From: Octopus sinensis
Taxonomy: Eukaryota
Length of the DNA: 64,000 bases
Direction of reading: 5' to 3'
Assembly: GCF_006345805.1 (NCBI RefSeq)
Contig: NC_043002.1
Span: 8,556,001-8,620,000 of the forward strand
The translations under genes were made by a program, and so were the position numbers. The notes below the pieces were generated by a model. That model was not told where the DNA came from and did not search any database. It saw only the letters and a list, made by a program, of their open reading frames with translations. Positions 11,464-25,184 of this stretch are shown here, piece after piece. How positions within the stretch are numbered: the first letter of the stretch is position 1; each line of letters starts with the position of its first letter.

Positions 11464-12851
11464 ATGAAAACACATTTTTCTCTGTGGATAGTGTGCTTTT
11501 GTGTGTGTGTGTGTGTGTGTGTGTGCCATTCTTGTGTGTGTTCCTTGTGATTTTTCTGGTTCAACGGATCTTCTATCCGAATATTGTTGTCTTCTTATTG
11601 CTTCAAGTTTGTTGGGGTTGATTCTGTCCTCATTATTGAACACCCATGTTGTTTTCAGTGGGAGACCTATGCATGTGTGTACATGTGGTGTGTATAAGTA
11701 TGTATGGATATAGGTAAACATATGTGTGTGTATGTATATATATGTGTGTGTGTATGTATATGTGTGTGTATGTATATATGTGTGTATGTATATATGTGTG
11801 TGTGTGTGTATGTATATGCGTGTGTATGTGTGTGTGTGTGTGTGTGTGTTTGAAACCGAAATTCGAAAGTGCGTTGTTGAAATTTGATTATATGTAAACT
11901 ACTTGTGAGATATTATCAAAGAATTGACAGTAAGAAAATTCCTGAGAAGAGAAAGAAATACAACAATATAAAGTATTACCATATTTTTGTAATCCATCCG
12001 AGTTGTGAATATCAACTCTTCTTAACAATTCCATTGAAGTATACAAATAAACACAGACGTGAGCAGATCAAAGATGCTTTTTACTAAAGGACTAGAATAT
12101 CAAACTGTCAGGAATTTCTGTGTGTGGGACTAAACCCGCACCTTATCCTGTAGCAAAGGAAAAGAGGAGTACTTGAAATGCCAGAAGGAAATGAAATATA
12201 TGACAAAATCACTGGCTTATGGGAAAGGAAAAGGAAAATAAACCAATTGTTAGTATTGTTTTGCTACTAAACTTAGATTCTGGATTCTCTTTCAACAAAC
12301 AGAAATCAGCTTATAATGTTCTAAGTTACTCATCATTATACATAATCTACCGTTGTAGTGTCTTCAGATTTTCAGTTATGTTTCAATAAACTAGTGTCTT
12401 GCATAACATAAAAATGTAGAAGTGGGAAAGAAACAGGAAGATATGAAACATTTTGTAGCTGCTTTGGTTTTGTGACTTTTTACATTTTAGACAAGACACA
12501 TCATTTACATTTCAAAAGCATTACACTAAAGAAGGACTAAGATATAAAAAAAAAATATCCTTCTATTTATATGATCAGTTTGAAGAGAAGGTCAATGACT
12601 TTATTATAATATAAACTCTTCTAGAGTGAGGCATATGGTAAATGAGTTCGTTAGTGGCATTAACATTCAATTTGAACTGCTACTGGATAGGGGTTTATGT
12701 GGAAATGTGTAAAAGAAAGTAGTTTCTGCAGAATGTAGTTCCAGGATGAAGGAGTAGGTTTAATACTGGGTCTGTAATTTATGTTTCCCTTTTGACAAAG
12801 CATCAGAAAATTAAATCAAAATAAAATCTTTAGTTAAAATAATGATTCTCT

Positions 12852-13078
12852 TTAACCCTTTCATTACTGTATTTATTTCGAGATGCTCTGTGTTTCTTTC
12901 AATTAATTTTAAATATAACAAAGAATTTAGTAAAATAACTTAGTTATCATTAAGCTAGTGTTAGGAACATCAATTGTGACTAAGGTTTGGTGAAAGATTT
13001 TAATTCAAAACTTATGAAAACAAGACGTTTGTGCTACAGAGCCAGAGGTGGTTTTGCTGGGTTGGTAACGAAAATGTT
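12852..13078. mobile_element. piggyBac-type MITE
   Basis: Same family; right TIR is degraded. Confidence 0.8.
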
Positions 13079-13604
13079 TTTCAAGAACTAAAATGGCTAA
13101 GTAAATGGGGTACTGAGATACCAACTCAAAGCTCTTTAGTTCAGTTCTACTGCAGATATTTTCTTATGCATTTTTGGTCAATGAATTGAATTCTGCACTG
13201 CCCCAGTTCAGCCATTTGTTGAGAGTAGCCGATTCAAAACATCATCTACTTTAACCCTACCACCTGTCCCTTGGGTACCATTAGTGGAGTCCACTTTACT
13301 GCCAGAGTCCAGGCTAGTTCTCCATCTAAGAACCACTTCCTCTCTTCCTTTGACCTGTGTTGAAGGCCCTTCAAAAGGGTCATGGTTGCTGCACTTACTC
13401 ATCTGACTAAGTCATACAAAATAAACAAAAGATATTTTGGAATGTTAATATTATTCTGCCAAGGAGGAGATTTCATTTAATACAAGGAAATTGGAATCCA
13501 GCACCATCCTTAGAAGCTCATTGGGGGATAAAGGGACAATAACGTTTACTATCTAACTGTTAGAGAAAGTAGAGTTAAACATTGGACCTTTGAATTTCTG
13601 AGAA

Positions 13605-13975
13605 TGGATTGGTTCCAGGTTCAGGCCCACTGCCTAACATCTTGAGTGTCTTCTACTGTAGCCTCAGGCTGACCAAAGACTTGTAAGTGGATTTGGTAGA
13701 CAGAAACCGAAAGAAACCCATCGTGTGTGCACACACACGCATGCACATGTATGTGTCTGTGTTTGTCCCCCATCACTGCATGACAACTAGTGTTTGTGTG
13801 TTGGTATCCCTATAACTTAACAGTTCAGCAAAAGAAACCAAACAGAATAAGAACCAATTTAAAAAGCAAAAAAAAAAACCAAAAAAACCTGGAGTTGATC
13901 TCATTTGACTAAAATTCTTCAAGATGGTTCCAAGCATGGTCAGAGTCTAATGAGTGAAACGAGTGAAATAAGAGA
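13605..13975 (+). mobile_element. SINE family A, diverged
   Basis: Recognisable GACCAAAG...GGATTTGGTAGAC core. Confidence 0.7.
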
Positions 13976-14407
13976 AAAAAAAATTAATTTATCTTTGATT
14001 TAGTTACTAAAATATTGAATCAGCATTTTATCTTGAATCCAAATGAATTTCTTACGTAAAAGCTAATTGATACTAATAAATATTAATAAATGCTAACTTA
14101 GGTATGAATATTGATATGTGACAAAATTGATTGGATACTTGATAAATTGATTAGATGAAGTACATGAACAGTTTGCTGGCATTATCTGAGTGGACAGGGT
14201 TGGGTACTCAATGTTAATTAAAGCAGACAGGGTATTTGGTGCTACTGAAGGTATACAAACAACTTGCTGTTATCTGAAGTGGATATAGTACCTAACATTG
14301 ATTTCTTGTTACCCAGAGACAAACCCATTTAAAACTTAGCTAGTGCTTTCATTCTGTTAATCTTGGTATATTTTTGACACTTATTTTATGAAAGCACCGA
14401 CTAAATT

Positions 14408-14889
14408 TTAACCCTTTTGTTACAGTATTTATTTTGAAATGCTCTGTGTTTGTTTCAATTACTTTAAATATAACAAAGACTTTAGTAAAATAACTTAGCT
14501 ATCATTTTGCTAGTGTTACGAACATAAATTGTGACTAAGGTTTGGTGGAAGATTTTAATTCAAAAGTTATGAAAAAAAAAACATTTGTACTGCAGAACCA
14601 GAGGTGGTTTCAGCAGGGTTGGTATTGAAAGGGTTAAGAATTGTTTCTTTATTATATATTTTCACACTTTTGTTAACATATTTCTGTTGAGATGCTCAGT
14701 ATTTCTTTCAATTACTTTAAATATACCAAAGAATTTAGTAAAATAACTTAGTTATCATTAAGCTAGTGTTAGGAACATAAATTGTGACTAAGGTTTGGTT
14801 GAAGATTTTAATTCAAAACTTATGAAAACAAGGCATTTGTACTATAAAACCAGAGCCGGTTTCAGCCGGGTTGGTAACAAAAGGGTTAA
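14408..14889. mobile_element. Two adjacent piggyBac-type MITEs (14408-14637 and about 14663-14889)
   Basis: Both match the 230-bp family and end in AAGGG-TTAA. Confidence 0.85.
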
Positions 14890-15194
14890 ACATTAACCAA
14901 ACAAAATTTGTACTTAGAAATGAAAAAAATGATTCTGGCTAAATATATCTGATCTACCACTGTTTCAGTAGAATAAAATGCTCTCATAGAGATTAATATT
15001 AACATGTAATAGACTTAAGATACTGGATGCATTTTTCTATAATGACAAATGTTTAGAGATCACACATACTGTTAGTAGTGGAAGAAAAAATCAACAAGCC
15101 CGTCATTTGATATTCATGGGTGTGACACAGTGAAGCAAAAGTGTTATGCACACATACAGATAGAGTTTCTTCAAAACAAAAGTTAATTTAAATA

Positions 15195-15530
15195 TGGCTT
15201 CCATGCCAGTGCCACGTAAAAGGGCACCATCCGAGCATGATCGTTACCAATGTCGCCTTCATGGCACCTGTGCTGGTGGCACGTGTAAAAAGATTCGAGC
15301 GAGGTCGTTGCCAGTACCGCCTGACTGGCCCCTGTGCCGGTGGCACGTAAAAAGCACCCACTACACTCTCAGAGCAGTTGGCGTTAGGAAGGGCATCCAG
15401 CTGTAGAAACTCTGCCAGATCAAGATTGAAGCCTGGTGCAGCCATCTGGTTCGCCAGCCCTCAGTCAAAATTGTCCAACCCATGCTAGCATGGAAAGCGG
15501 ACGTTAAATGATGATGATGATGATGATGAT
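15195..15530 (+). mobile_element. Retroposon family C
   Basis: Internal GCCAGTG..ACGTAAAA subrepeats and (GAT)n tail. Confidence 0.85.
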
Positions 15531-16039
15531 ATTAGACTGAACAAGAAACCCAGTCAAGATTCAATACTACTGTGTGGCACCTTGGATAAGTGTCTTGTAC
15601 TATAGTCTTGGATTAAACAATACCTCGTGTGTAGAATTGGGTAGATTGAAACAGTGAAGAAGCCTGCCATGTCATATGTGTGTGTGCGTCTATGTTGTTC
15701 CCCTTTATGCTCTTTCATTTAGCACTTTACTAAATAGAGAGTGATAAAATAAGTACTGGTTTGGAAACTGTACTGAAGCTGACGTGACTAAACCATTAAA
15801 GGTAATGTTTCAGAAAATGAATAAAGAGTTATAATAGGCTAAATTTCAATATTAACCAGCATAAGATAAGAGACATCTATAGTGATATAAGTCACTATGT
15901 TGAACACCTAAGAGGGGAAACAGAATTAATTCTTAGTTTTAAATGTAAGTGGGGTAAAGTGATTTATGGAATTCAATAAAGAGGGCAAGAGATTTAGAGA
16001 GGATTACCTTTGAATAAATAAATCAGAATAAATAAATCG

Positions 16040-16390
16040 GAAATAAATCGAAATTGATCAAAAATCAATGGAAATTGCAGTTGTGATACCAGTGCCAGTG
16101 GCACGTAAAAGAACCATCCGAACATGGCTGTTGCCAGCACCGCCTCAACTGGCCTCTGTGCCGGTGGCGCGTAAAAAGCACCAACCGATCGTGGCCATTG
16201 CCAGCCTCACCTGGCACGTAAAAAACACCCACTACACTCACGGAGTGGTTGGCGTTAGGAAGGGCATCCAGCTGTAGAAACCCTGCCAGATCAGACTAGG
16301 CCTGGTGCAGCCTCCTGGCTTCCCAGACCTCGGTCGAACCGTCCAACCCATGCTAGCACGGAAAACGGACGTTAAACGATGATGATGATG
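16040..16390 (+). mobile_element. Retroposon family C
   Basis: Same subrepeats and (GAT)n tail as 15195-15530. Confidence 0.85.
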
Positions 16391-17061
16391 AAACAATGAA
16401 ATTAGGGATTCCAACTGAGAAGATATAGGGATTTGTCTCTGAATTTATGACCAGGAAAGGGGATCATGTACAAAATATAAAAAGATAATGTAAATGAGGT
16501 CTTCATTTGAAGAATGTAAGTGATAATCAGCATATTAGTGTTAACGAACTAAGTAAGCTAATAACTAATTGGATCTTTTTTGCCTTCGTGTGTTGTAGCT
16601 ATGGTATATCAACTTGATTGAGATAAGTTGTATGAAGCAACACACATAACTATTTTTAACTCAGCATGGCGAGTTAAGAAAGTATCCAAACTCACGCTGA
16701 ACTGGGCCAATTGAAAGTTAAGTGAGTCAGTCCTCAACAGGAGATACAACCTTCTCATTATGGATATAATTTCAATTGATTAGAAGTTCATTTTGGTTCA
16801 CCGTTCTAAGTACATTCAGGTCTGCTTAACTATATAAAGAAACAAAGCTTTGTGAAACACTAAACTTTTCCTGATCATATTTCTAATGAAATATACTATG
16901 GACGGATTTCATAAAATAACTAAATTTGTCATTATGAAGTTGATGTTTGGAAAATAATTTCACTAGAAAGGTTCTTACCAAAAAATAAGAGCTTTCAATT
17001 TAGATATGAACCATTAGCCACTACACACATTTTTTTTTCTCTCCTTGTTTTTTTCTGTGTC

Positions 17062-17099
17062 TCTTTCTGTCGAAGAGCGTAGGCTCGAAATGTAAAAGA
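17062..17099 (+). ncRNA. Minimal hammerhead-like fold, core CUGUCGA plus extra A
   Basis: UCUUU-CUGUCGA-A-GAGC GUAG GCUC-GAAA-UG-UA^AAAGA; stems I and II pair perfectly. Confidence 0.55.
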
Positions 17100-17287
17100 C
17101 TTTTTCTATTCCTGAGCATTATACTAATACATCTGTTTGTTTTGTACACCACCTGTCTTTGTCTTTTGTTTTTTTCGTAAACTCTCCCTTGACATAAAGG
17201 TTTGATATCAAAACTAAAGGTACTCTCAGGTGGGCTGATAAACAAGAATTTAAGAAACTTTTATGAAGCTTTATACAGCAGCCTTTG

Positions 17288-17672
17288 TGGAGGCACAATA
17301 GCCCAATGGTTAGGACAACAGACTCGCGGTCGGAGGATCATGGTTTCGATTCCCAGACCAGGCGTTGTGTGTGTTTGTTGAGTGAAAATACCTAAAAAAA
17401 AGCTCCACGAGGCTCCGGCAGGGGGTGGTGGTGACCCCTGTTGTACTCTTTCGCCCCAACTTGCTCTCACTCTTTCTTCCTGTTTCTTGTCCCCGACTTC
17501 CTATGCAACTGCTGAGCCTGGATGCGCATTCATCCATCCGTCGATGCTCTCGGTGTCGGGGGTTGACCTGCTTTCTTTTCTGCGGGTCTTACGAATAGCA
17601 AAGGACCACGTTTCGGACTTCTCCCACTGCGAGCTCTAAGACGAAGACCGCTTCGCTCAACAAACAAACAAA
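17288..17672 (+). mobile_element. tRNA-derived SINE family E with 12-bp TSD
   Basis: tRNA-like head (TAGCCCAATGGTTAGG...GGTTTCGATTCCC), (CAAA)n tail, ACAGCAGCCTTT on both flanks. Confidence 0.85.
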
Positions 17673-18354
17673 CAGCAGCCTTTAACTTACTCACACAGAT
17701 ATATTTTAATCTGAAAATCTGGCAATAATTAGAGTATGAAATATTCTTACTATGCTATTCTAGATGAAATATATATAAATATTTGAAGCTATCTCATGGC
17801 TATGAAGTGTACACATATGTACCAGAGAGAGGATATGAATTGAGTAATAGGTTAAAAACAGGATATTCTATTTCATGCTGCCACTAGAATGTAAACAAGA
17901 AAGTGGTCCAAATATGTTCTTAGTGGAAGCATATTTTGCATTCTTTTAAGAAATGAAATTATTTTTCAATATGTTTCAACAATCCAGTCTGTAATACATT
18001 GATTACTGATAGGTACCTGATATCAATAGAATATTTTGTATTCATTAAAATCCTGAGACAACAAGGTGGACAGCTTGTGTGGAACTGAAACCGGAGGCAG
18101 TTTTTTCAGGGTGTGGCCACAGGTGCTAATGGCTTTTGTGAACCACCTTATGCACTCCATATACCAATGGTGTATGGCTGTTTCGGACACCCAGGAGAGC
18201 ATACACGGTATTGAACACATCACGTGCTATAATATCGATGTGCTGGATCCGCTCTCTACCAGGACACCTGACAATGACCCATAGACTGCGGTGAAGGTGC
18301 ATCCAAGAAATTGACTTTATCAGATTTATCAAAATTTATCTCTGACATAATGAA

Positions 18355-18870
18355 ACGCTTTGGTTTTTCTCTGATGAGAAAAACGTCAATCAGATCCAGA
18401 AGATAAACCGAAGGAATGATAGATGGTTATGCAGAAACCTGAATGGGGTTCCAACAGTCATGCATACTAAGTTCCCAACAACTGTGATGGTTCTAGGAAT
18501 CATAAGTAACGATAGAGATATGACTCCTCACTTATTTTTATGGGGCTTAAGAGTCAATACCACTGTTCACACGGATGTTGGAGAAAGATGCAAGATCCTA
18601 GATAGACAGAATATGCAACAGAAGACCGTATGTCTTCCAACTAAACTCTGCACTATCTCATAAGTGTGGATGTGTGCACATCTTCAGGGTCATGTTCTCC
18701 CAGTCACATGATCATGTTCCCCTAGCTCACCAGACCTCGATCCATTGGACTGTTCCGTATGGTGGGTAGTTGAGAGACAGGTCAATCTACACCCCCATAA
18801 CACTTATACAATTTCTCAAGTCTGCTATATCCAGCACTATGTCCAAAATTGATGAAGATCATCTGATTTA
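18355..18870 (+). pseudogene. Degenerate Tc1/mariner-superfamily (maT/DD37D-like) transposase
   Basis: Peptide remnants WFFSDEK, QKINRRNDRWL, HTKFPTTVMVLGIIS and PSSPDLDPLD; frameshifts and stops. Confidence 0.75.
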
Positions 18871-18883
18871 GGTATGTCAATAA

Positions 18884-19299
18884 TTATTTCTTTACTACCC
18901 ACAAGGGGCTAAACACAGAGAGGACAAACAAGGACAGACAAACGGATTAAGTCGATTACCTTGACCCCAGTGCGTAACTGGTACTTATTTAATCGACCCC
19001 GAAAGGATGAAAGGCAAAGTCAACCTCGGCGGAATTTGAACTCAGAACGTAAAGACAGACCAAATACCTATTTCTTTACTACCCACAAGGGGCTAAACAC
19101 AGAGGGGACAAACAAGGACAGACAAACGGATTAAGTCAATTACATTGACCTCAGTGCGTAACTGGTACTTAATTTATCGACCCTGAAAGGATGAAAGGCA
19201 AAGTCGACCTTGGCGGAATTTGAACTCAGAACATAACGGCAGACGAAATACCACTAAGCATTTCGCCCGGCGTGCTAACGATTCTGCCAGCTCGCCGCC
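18884..19299 (-). mobile_element. SINE family B head-to-tail dimer with TSD
   Basis: Two B units; TTAGGTATGTCAA on both flanks. Confidence 0.88.
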
Positions 19300-19439
19300 T
19301 TTTTAGGTATGTCAAAACTTCTGAAATTACCTGTTTCTATCTGAGATTTTTGTGCAACATGTATTAGGTAATATGAAATTCAATAATAACTGACTTAATA
19401 AACAATATCACAAATTTCTTGAAACTTCTTAAATAAATA

Positions 19440-19948
19440 ATGTGTGCACATGTATGTGTATGTGTGTGTGTTTGTGTACACAGATGCACATGAATGTGCG
19501 TGTGTGCATAAATATGTATATAGACATAAATATGTGATTGTGTGTATACACACACGTGCACAGACACACACATTCATACATATTTATATACATACATACG
19601 TACGTGTGTATGTATGTATGTGTGTGTGTATGTGTGTGTGTGTATGTATGTGTGTGTGTATGTATGTGTGTGTATGTGTGTGTGTGTATGTATGTGTGTG
19701 TGTATGTATGTATGTGTGTATGTATATGTGTGTGTATGTATGTATGTGTGTGTATGTATGTGTTTGTGTATGTATGCATGTATGTATGTGTGTATGTATG
19801 TATGAATGTATGTATGTATGTATGTGTGTGTGTGTGTGTGCGTGTGTGCGTGTGTGTATGTATGTATGCATGTATGTATGTGTGTATGTATGTATGAATG
19901 TATGTATGTATGTATGTGTGTGTGTGCGTGTGTGTATGTATGTATGTA
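19440..19948. repeat. Compound (TG)n/(TATG)n microsatellite
   Basis: Read directly from the sequence. Confidence 0.95.
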
Positions 19949-20333
19949 TTATTTTAGCTGATTCCGTTTAAGCAGATGGTTGCTCTTACTGTAAAGTGCT
20001 CTCAGATATGTGCAAACTGATATGAATACTTAATAGGAAATAATATATCCGGTATTCATCTGACATCATAAAACTAGCATTTGTTTACTTATATCGTAGT
20101 TTATTTACTTATATTCTTCCAGTTCCTTTTTACTTCTCAGCATTGTTTCAATGTTGAGCCACTGGTTTTATGGATGGTTGCCTTGGAAAGTCGATCCAGT
20201 ACTGTGCAACACTAACCAAATTCCTGTACAGGAACTTCTTGGACTCTTGGAACATTTGCATGGACATACTTATTCAATGAAGTGGTCTTACTTGGTCATG
20301 AGTTGATTTCCAGCATGTATACATATATATATA

Positions 20334-21222
20334 TACAGTAATCACTCACTATATCGCGGTTCACCTATAGCACCCTCAGTACATTGCAGAGTTTTCTGGC
20401 TAATATATATATATAGGCGCAGGAGTGGCTGTGTGGTAAGTAGCTTGCTAACCAACCGCATGGTTCCGGGTTCAGTCCCACTGCGTGGCATCTTGGGCAA
20501 GTGTCTTCTGCTATAGCCCCGGGCCGACCAATGCCTTGTGAGTGGATTTGGTAGACGGAAACTGAAAGAAGCCTGTCGTATATATATATATATACATATA
20601 TATATGTGTGTGTGTGTGTGTTTGTCCCCCTAGCATTGCTTGACAACTGATGCTGGTGTGTTTACATCCCCGTCACTTAGCAGTTCGGCAAAAGAGACCG
20701 ATAGAATAAGTACTGGGCTTACAAAGAATGAGTCCCGGGTCGATTTGCTCGACTAAAGGCGGTGCTCCAGCATGGCCGCAGTCAAATGACTGAAACAAAT
20801 AAAAGAGTAAAAAAGTATATGTAAATTTATACCTATTTTCTTTACTACCCACAAGGAGGTAAACACAGAGAGGACAAACAAGGACAGACAGACGGATTAA
20901 GTCGGTTATATCGACCCCAGTGCGTAACTGGTACTTAATTTATCGACTCCCGAAAGGATGAAAGGCAAAGTCGGCCTCGGCGGAATTTGAACTCAGAACG
21001 TAGCGCCAGATGAAATACTGCTAAGCATTTTGCCTCGCGTGCTAACGTTTCTGCCAGCTCGCCGCCTTGTAAATTTATATAGCGGACTTCTCAGTATATC
21101 GAGGGTTTCTGTGGCTGATAGCTATTTATATTTTTTCAGATTTTAATTATTTATGTGGTAAAATAATATTTTCACACTTAAAAATTAACAAATTAATAAT
21201 TAAAATACAGTACTGTACTGTA
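20334..21222. mobile_element. Tc1/mariner (Tigger/pogo-like) MITE remnant with nested SINE A (20416-20815, +) and SINE B (20832-21066, -)
   Basis: Starts TA-CAGTAATC...TATATCGCGG; SINE B is flanked by a TGTAAATTTATA TSD. The nested SINEs are certain; the MITE assignment is tentative. Confidence 0.5.
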
Positions 21223-21365
21223 TAACATATTAATTAAAATATATGAGAAACCATTGGTAACTTTCTAACTGCCTATAACCACTGACTACATAGTATGTGT
21301 GTGTGGGTGCAGTGTATAATTGTGTGTATTTTATAATTCATTAAATGACAAAGAGAAACATTAAT

Positions 21366-21843
21366 AATTGCAGCGTGGAAGAGATGCAGCACGAAGTTTT
21401 GTCCGTGAACAGATCACGGTCTCAAAGCGCCGAAAATATTTTGACAAATTAAATTTAAATGTTGAAGTGAATCTAACGGTTTTTGTGTGTTTCTTAAATG
21501 GCTTATAAACACCTTCCACGCTGCAATTGTTTTTGTTCCAGCACACGATCTCAGATCAAGTCACTTGCTATGCAAGTACATCTCCGTATATTTATAAACA
21601 TTGCTAATATCACTAACCACTTCAAGTTGGTGTAGAATCTTTCTAAAGAATAACATAAATTAAAATACGGAAACTATTACATATTACTAGGACAGCCGTG
21701 AGGTGCAATGTTGAACAAGATATAAATCTCTTTGTAAACCAAAGAATCTTCCATGCTCAAGCTGCTCGAAGGAACCTAAGCCTGACATGGGTAGCTTGTA
21801 ATTGAGTATGAAAAACACCTCGCTATACAAGTACATCTCCATA
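21366..21843 (+). mobile_element. Second copy of the Penelope-like G3-C8 hammerhead element
   Basis: Fold at 21398-21448 (GUGAACA...CGAAA-AUAU-UU^UGACAAA); 16-bp inverted arm at 21366-21381; GCTATRCAAGTACATCTCC directly repeated at about 21567 and 21822. Confidence 0.65.
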
Positions 21844-22813
21844 AGGAACATTAATCTTATTCAATTATTCCTTTAAAATGCAGTTTGACTTAAATCATAT
21901 ACAGAACATTAAAACTGAAACTTTTTCCTCCTGGTATTTTTATGGGGACTGTAGGAAAGATAGGAACAATAAAACTTACTAGTATATAAAGATCAAATTA
22001 TTACAATTCACCAACTTGGACAAATTCTTTAAGTTTCTTTCATAAAAAAAAAATCTTCAAAATTAACTTTCCCAAGTTATTAAGATGGACAAATTGTTGC
22101 TGACACACATATTACTGACTTCCTCAAACCCAGATTTTGCCTGGTTTCAACGATACTTTTTCAGCATAGTTAGGATGTAATTTAAGCAACTGAAGGCAGT
22201 TCCAAACTTCTTTTTGTTAAGAATAATGTCAGTTTCAGGAAGAGCAAAGGTATATAGTTGATTGAATTAACTGATAAATCATTACTGGTAATTATTATCC
22301 TGACCCTGGAAAGATGGAAAGCTATGATAAAAAAAAAAAAAATCATACAAATTGCAGCTGATTACGAATTTAGAATATATAAGGACAAATCTAAATTTAG
22401 CAAAGCATTTAGTTTATCATTTTTGACAACTCAGTACTAGAGTCGAAAGTAATCTTTTTTGCAAAAAACTAAATAGTTAGGAAAGGAATATTTTAGGAAA
22501 TGAAGTGACTGACTTTATTAAGATATGTAGCAACATTCTGCATTCCCAAATTGCAAAATAATTTTCACATGTCATGTGAAATATTTTAAGAAAAAGAAAA
22601 AGTAAGGGTTTTCTGAATATTGGTTCTAAATTGAATTTAAACTTTGCCTTCTAACCCTGTGGTGTTCTCTGCTGCTGTATTAGCATTTAAGAAATAGCAC
22701 CAACTCCCAACCCCCTACATACCAAAACGCTGTCATCTAGCTGGCCTAGAAAAGTACAGTACACTTGCATTCTAATCTTATTCCTCAGATCAAAATAATT
22801 TTCTGTGTATACA

Positions 22814-23229
22814 TATTTCTTTACTACCCACAAGGTGCTAAACACAGAGGGGACAAACAAGGACAGACAAAGGATTTCAATCGATTATATTGACCCTAGT
22901 GCGTAAGTGGTACTTAATTTATTGACCCCCGAAAGGATGAAAGGCAAAGTCGACCTTGGTGGAATTTGAACTCAGAACGTAGCGGCAGACGAAATGCCTA
23001 TTTCTTTACTACCCACAAGGGGCTAAACACAGAGGGGACAAACAAGGACAGACAAACGGATTAAGTTGATTATATCGACCCCAGTGCATAACTGGTACTT
23101 AATTTATCGACTCCAAAAGGATGAAAGGCAAAGTCGACCTCGGTGGAATTTGAACTCAGAACGTAACGGCAGACAAAATACTGCTGAGCATTTCACCCGG
23201 CGTGCTAACGTTTCTGCCAGCTCACTGCC
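22814..23229 (-). mobile_element. SINE family B dimer with TSD
   Basis: Same dimer junction as 18884-19299; TTTTCTGTGTATAC on both flanks. Confidence 0.88.
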
Positions 23230-23637
23230 TTTTCTGTGTATACCATGACTTGTCCCTCATGACAATAGGCTCAGCAACAGAATATATTTTCTGTTTTTGT
23301 AGATGAACTGTCATGCTGTAGATTCACTTTAAAAACAATCCTGAGTTCAAATCTGGTTGAGGTTGATGGTATTGACAAATCCTCTAGCCTCAAAATTGCT
23401 GGCCTTGTGCCTAATTCAGAAAATCATTACTAATAGTACAATGGAAGTACCATTGTTATTTTTGAAACTGTTGGATTGTTGGAGAACCATGAAATACATC
23501 ATTTCGTTTGAAATTGTGCTTTTTCTGAAGGGCTTGATTTTGTTGGTGAAGATTTTAATACTGTATTAGTATTACTATTGGTGATGAAGTAAGTATTATG
23601 TTTATGAAGATAAGTATTATTGAAAGTGCAGTCTTTT

Positions 23638-23864
23638 TTCTTTTTAATGGCTCAAAAAGCAAAAGCAAGGCCATGTAGGGGGACAGGGAGTTATGTACAG
23701 GGAGGGTGGTCATACAAAGAGTTCAGGCCATTTCTGGTCAAGAGAGACTTTGAACTGAGCTGTCGTCGGCATCTTCACTATCTCATCTGGCAGCTTATTC
23801 CACGGATCCGCAACCCGGATGGAGGAAGCCCCTCTCCTTCGATTGAGATGATATCGTCGTAGAT
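23638..23864 (-). mobile_element. CR1-clade LINE 3' end
   Basis: Minus frame ...IRVADPWNKLPDEIVKMPTTAQFKVSLD*-type C-terminus, then 3' UTR and A-rich tail. Confidence 0.7.
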
Positions 23865-24477
23865 GGTCTTAGGACAGATATGCCAAGAAGTAAATGGGCT
23901 CTGCAATGAGTTATACTAAGAGGCCGTGATTAAAAGTACTGAGAATATATTGAAAGAATAATTAACGTATATAGCAAACAACAACTGTAACTATGAAATG
24001 AAACCAAAGACATAATTTATCTGTATTATTCCTCAAAGATACGACCACTTTGCAAAGGCTTCAACAAATCTTAATATATCCTTATTTTCATATAAGAGGG
24101 AATTGGTTGGACTTAGACAATTCCATCAAATGAAGTACAATTGCCTCTAAATGAATTCTAAGCTTAATTTAAAATATGTATTTATCAGTAAAGTGCCTTA
24201 CAAATAATATAAATAATATAAATGCTGTGGCTATAATAAGCTATGTCTTTGATTTAGTTCCAGAGTTTATCAGTCTCTTGAAATAATATAAATGTATGAA
24301 TAATACATTTTGCTTCTATAGTTTTACACTAATTTCCCAGTTTTGTATTCCAAGTTCAAAAATTACTTTAGAATTTATTTCACACTTCAAACTATTATGC
24401 ATTGCATAAAACAGAACAAACAAAAAACAATACGGGAAATCCCTAATGATATAAAATCAACATCATTAAAATCAATC

Positions 24478-25130
24478 ACCATCATCGTTTAACGTCCGCC
24501 TCCCATGCTAGCATGGGTTGGACGATTTTGACAAGGCCACAAAGAGAGAGAGAGATAAATTCAGCAGAAGCATCTACATAAAATTTCTTTGCCCAAATGA
24601 GCCAACTAAAGAGCCTTTATACAGAGTTTCTACAGCTGGATACCCTTCCTAATGCCAACCACTCCAAGAGTGTAGTGGGTACTTATTACGTGCCACCGTT
24701 ATTAAGATGGGGGCCAGTCAGGCGGTACTGGCAATGACGTCGCTCGAATCCTTTTACACATGCCACCAGCACAGGTGCCAGTAAGGTGACGTTGGTAACG
24801 ATCACGCTCGAATGGTGCCTTTTATGTGTCACTGGCACGGAAGCCAGTTGGCTGCTCTGGCAACGATCACACTCAGATGGTGCTCTTGGTACCCTACTAG
24901 CACGGGGCACAAGTGCCAGTAATGTGACGCTGGTAACGATTACACTCGAATGGTGCCGCTTTATATGCCACTGGCATGGAAGCCGGTTAGCCGCTCTGTC
25001 AACGATCACCCTCGTATGGTGTTCATTTGGTACTCTTTGCATCCCGCTAGCACAGATGATTTTGATCTCACTTGCCTCAACAGGTCTTCACAAGCAGAGT
25101 TTAGTGCTTTGGGTTTCATATATTTGTACC
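24478..25130 (-). mobile_element. Retroposon family C, long form with internal subrepeats
   Basis: (CAT)n end plus repeated GGTAACGATCACGCTCGAATGGTGCC units. Confidence 0.8.
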
Positions 25131-25184
25131 CTAGCATCACTTTGGTGGCATATACTGTTCTCTCACTCAATAATAATAGAATAA

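Noticed and set aside
13208-13402. 64-aa minus-strand ORF in a slightly GC-richer patch
   Set aside because: No recognisable domain; probably an old LINE fragment that cannot be classified.
18058-18290. Possible RT fragment on the minus strand
   Set aside because: Too decayed to assign any motif confidently.
19364-19971. Long Cys/Val/Met/Tyr and His/Thr ORFs
   Set aside because: Artefact of the (TG)/(TATG) microsatellite.
24760-25030. Regularly spaced repeats resembling a CRISPR array
   Set aside because: Degenerate internal subrepeats of retroposon family C in eukaryotic DNA, with no unique spacers or cas genes.
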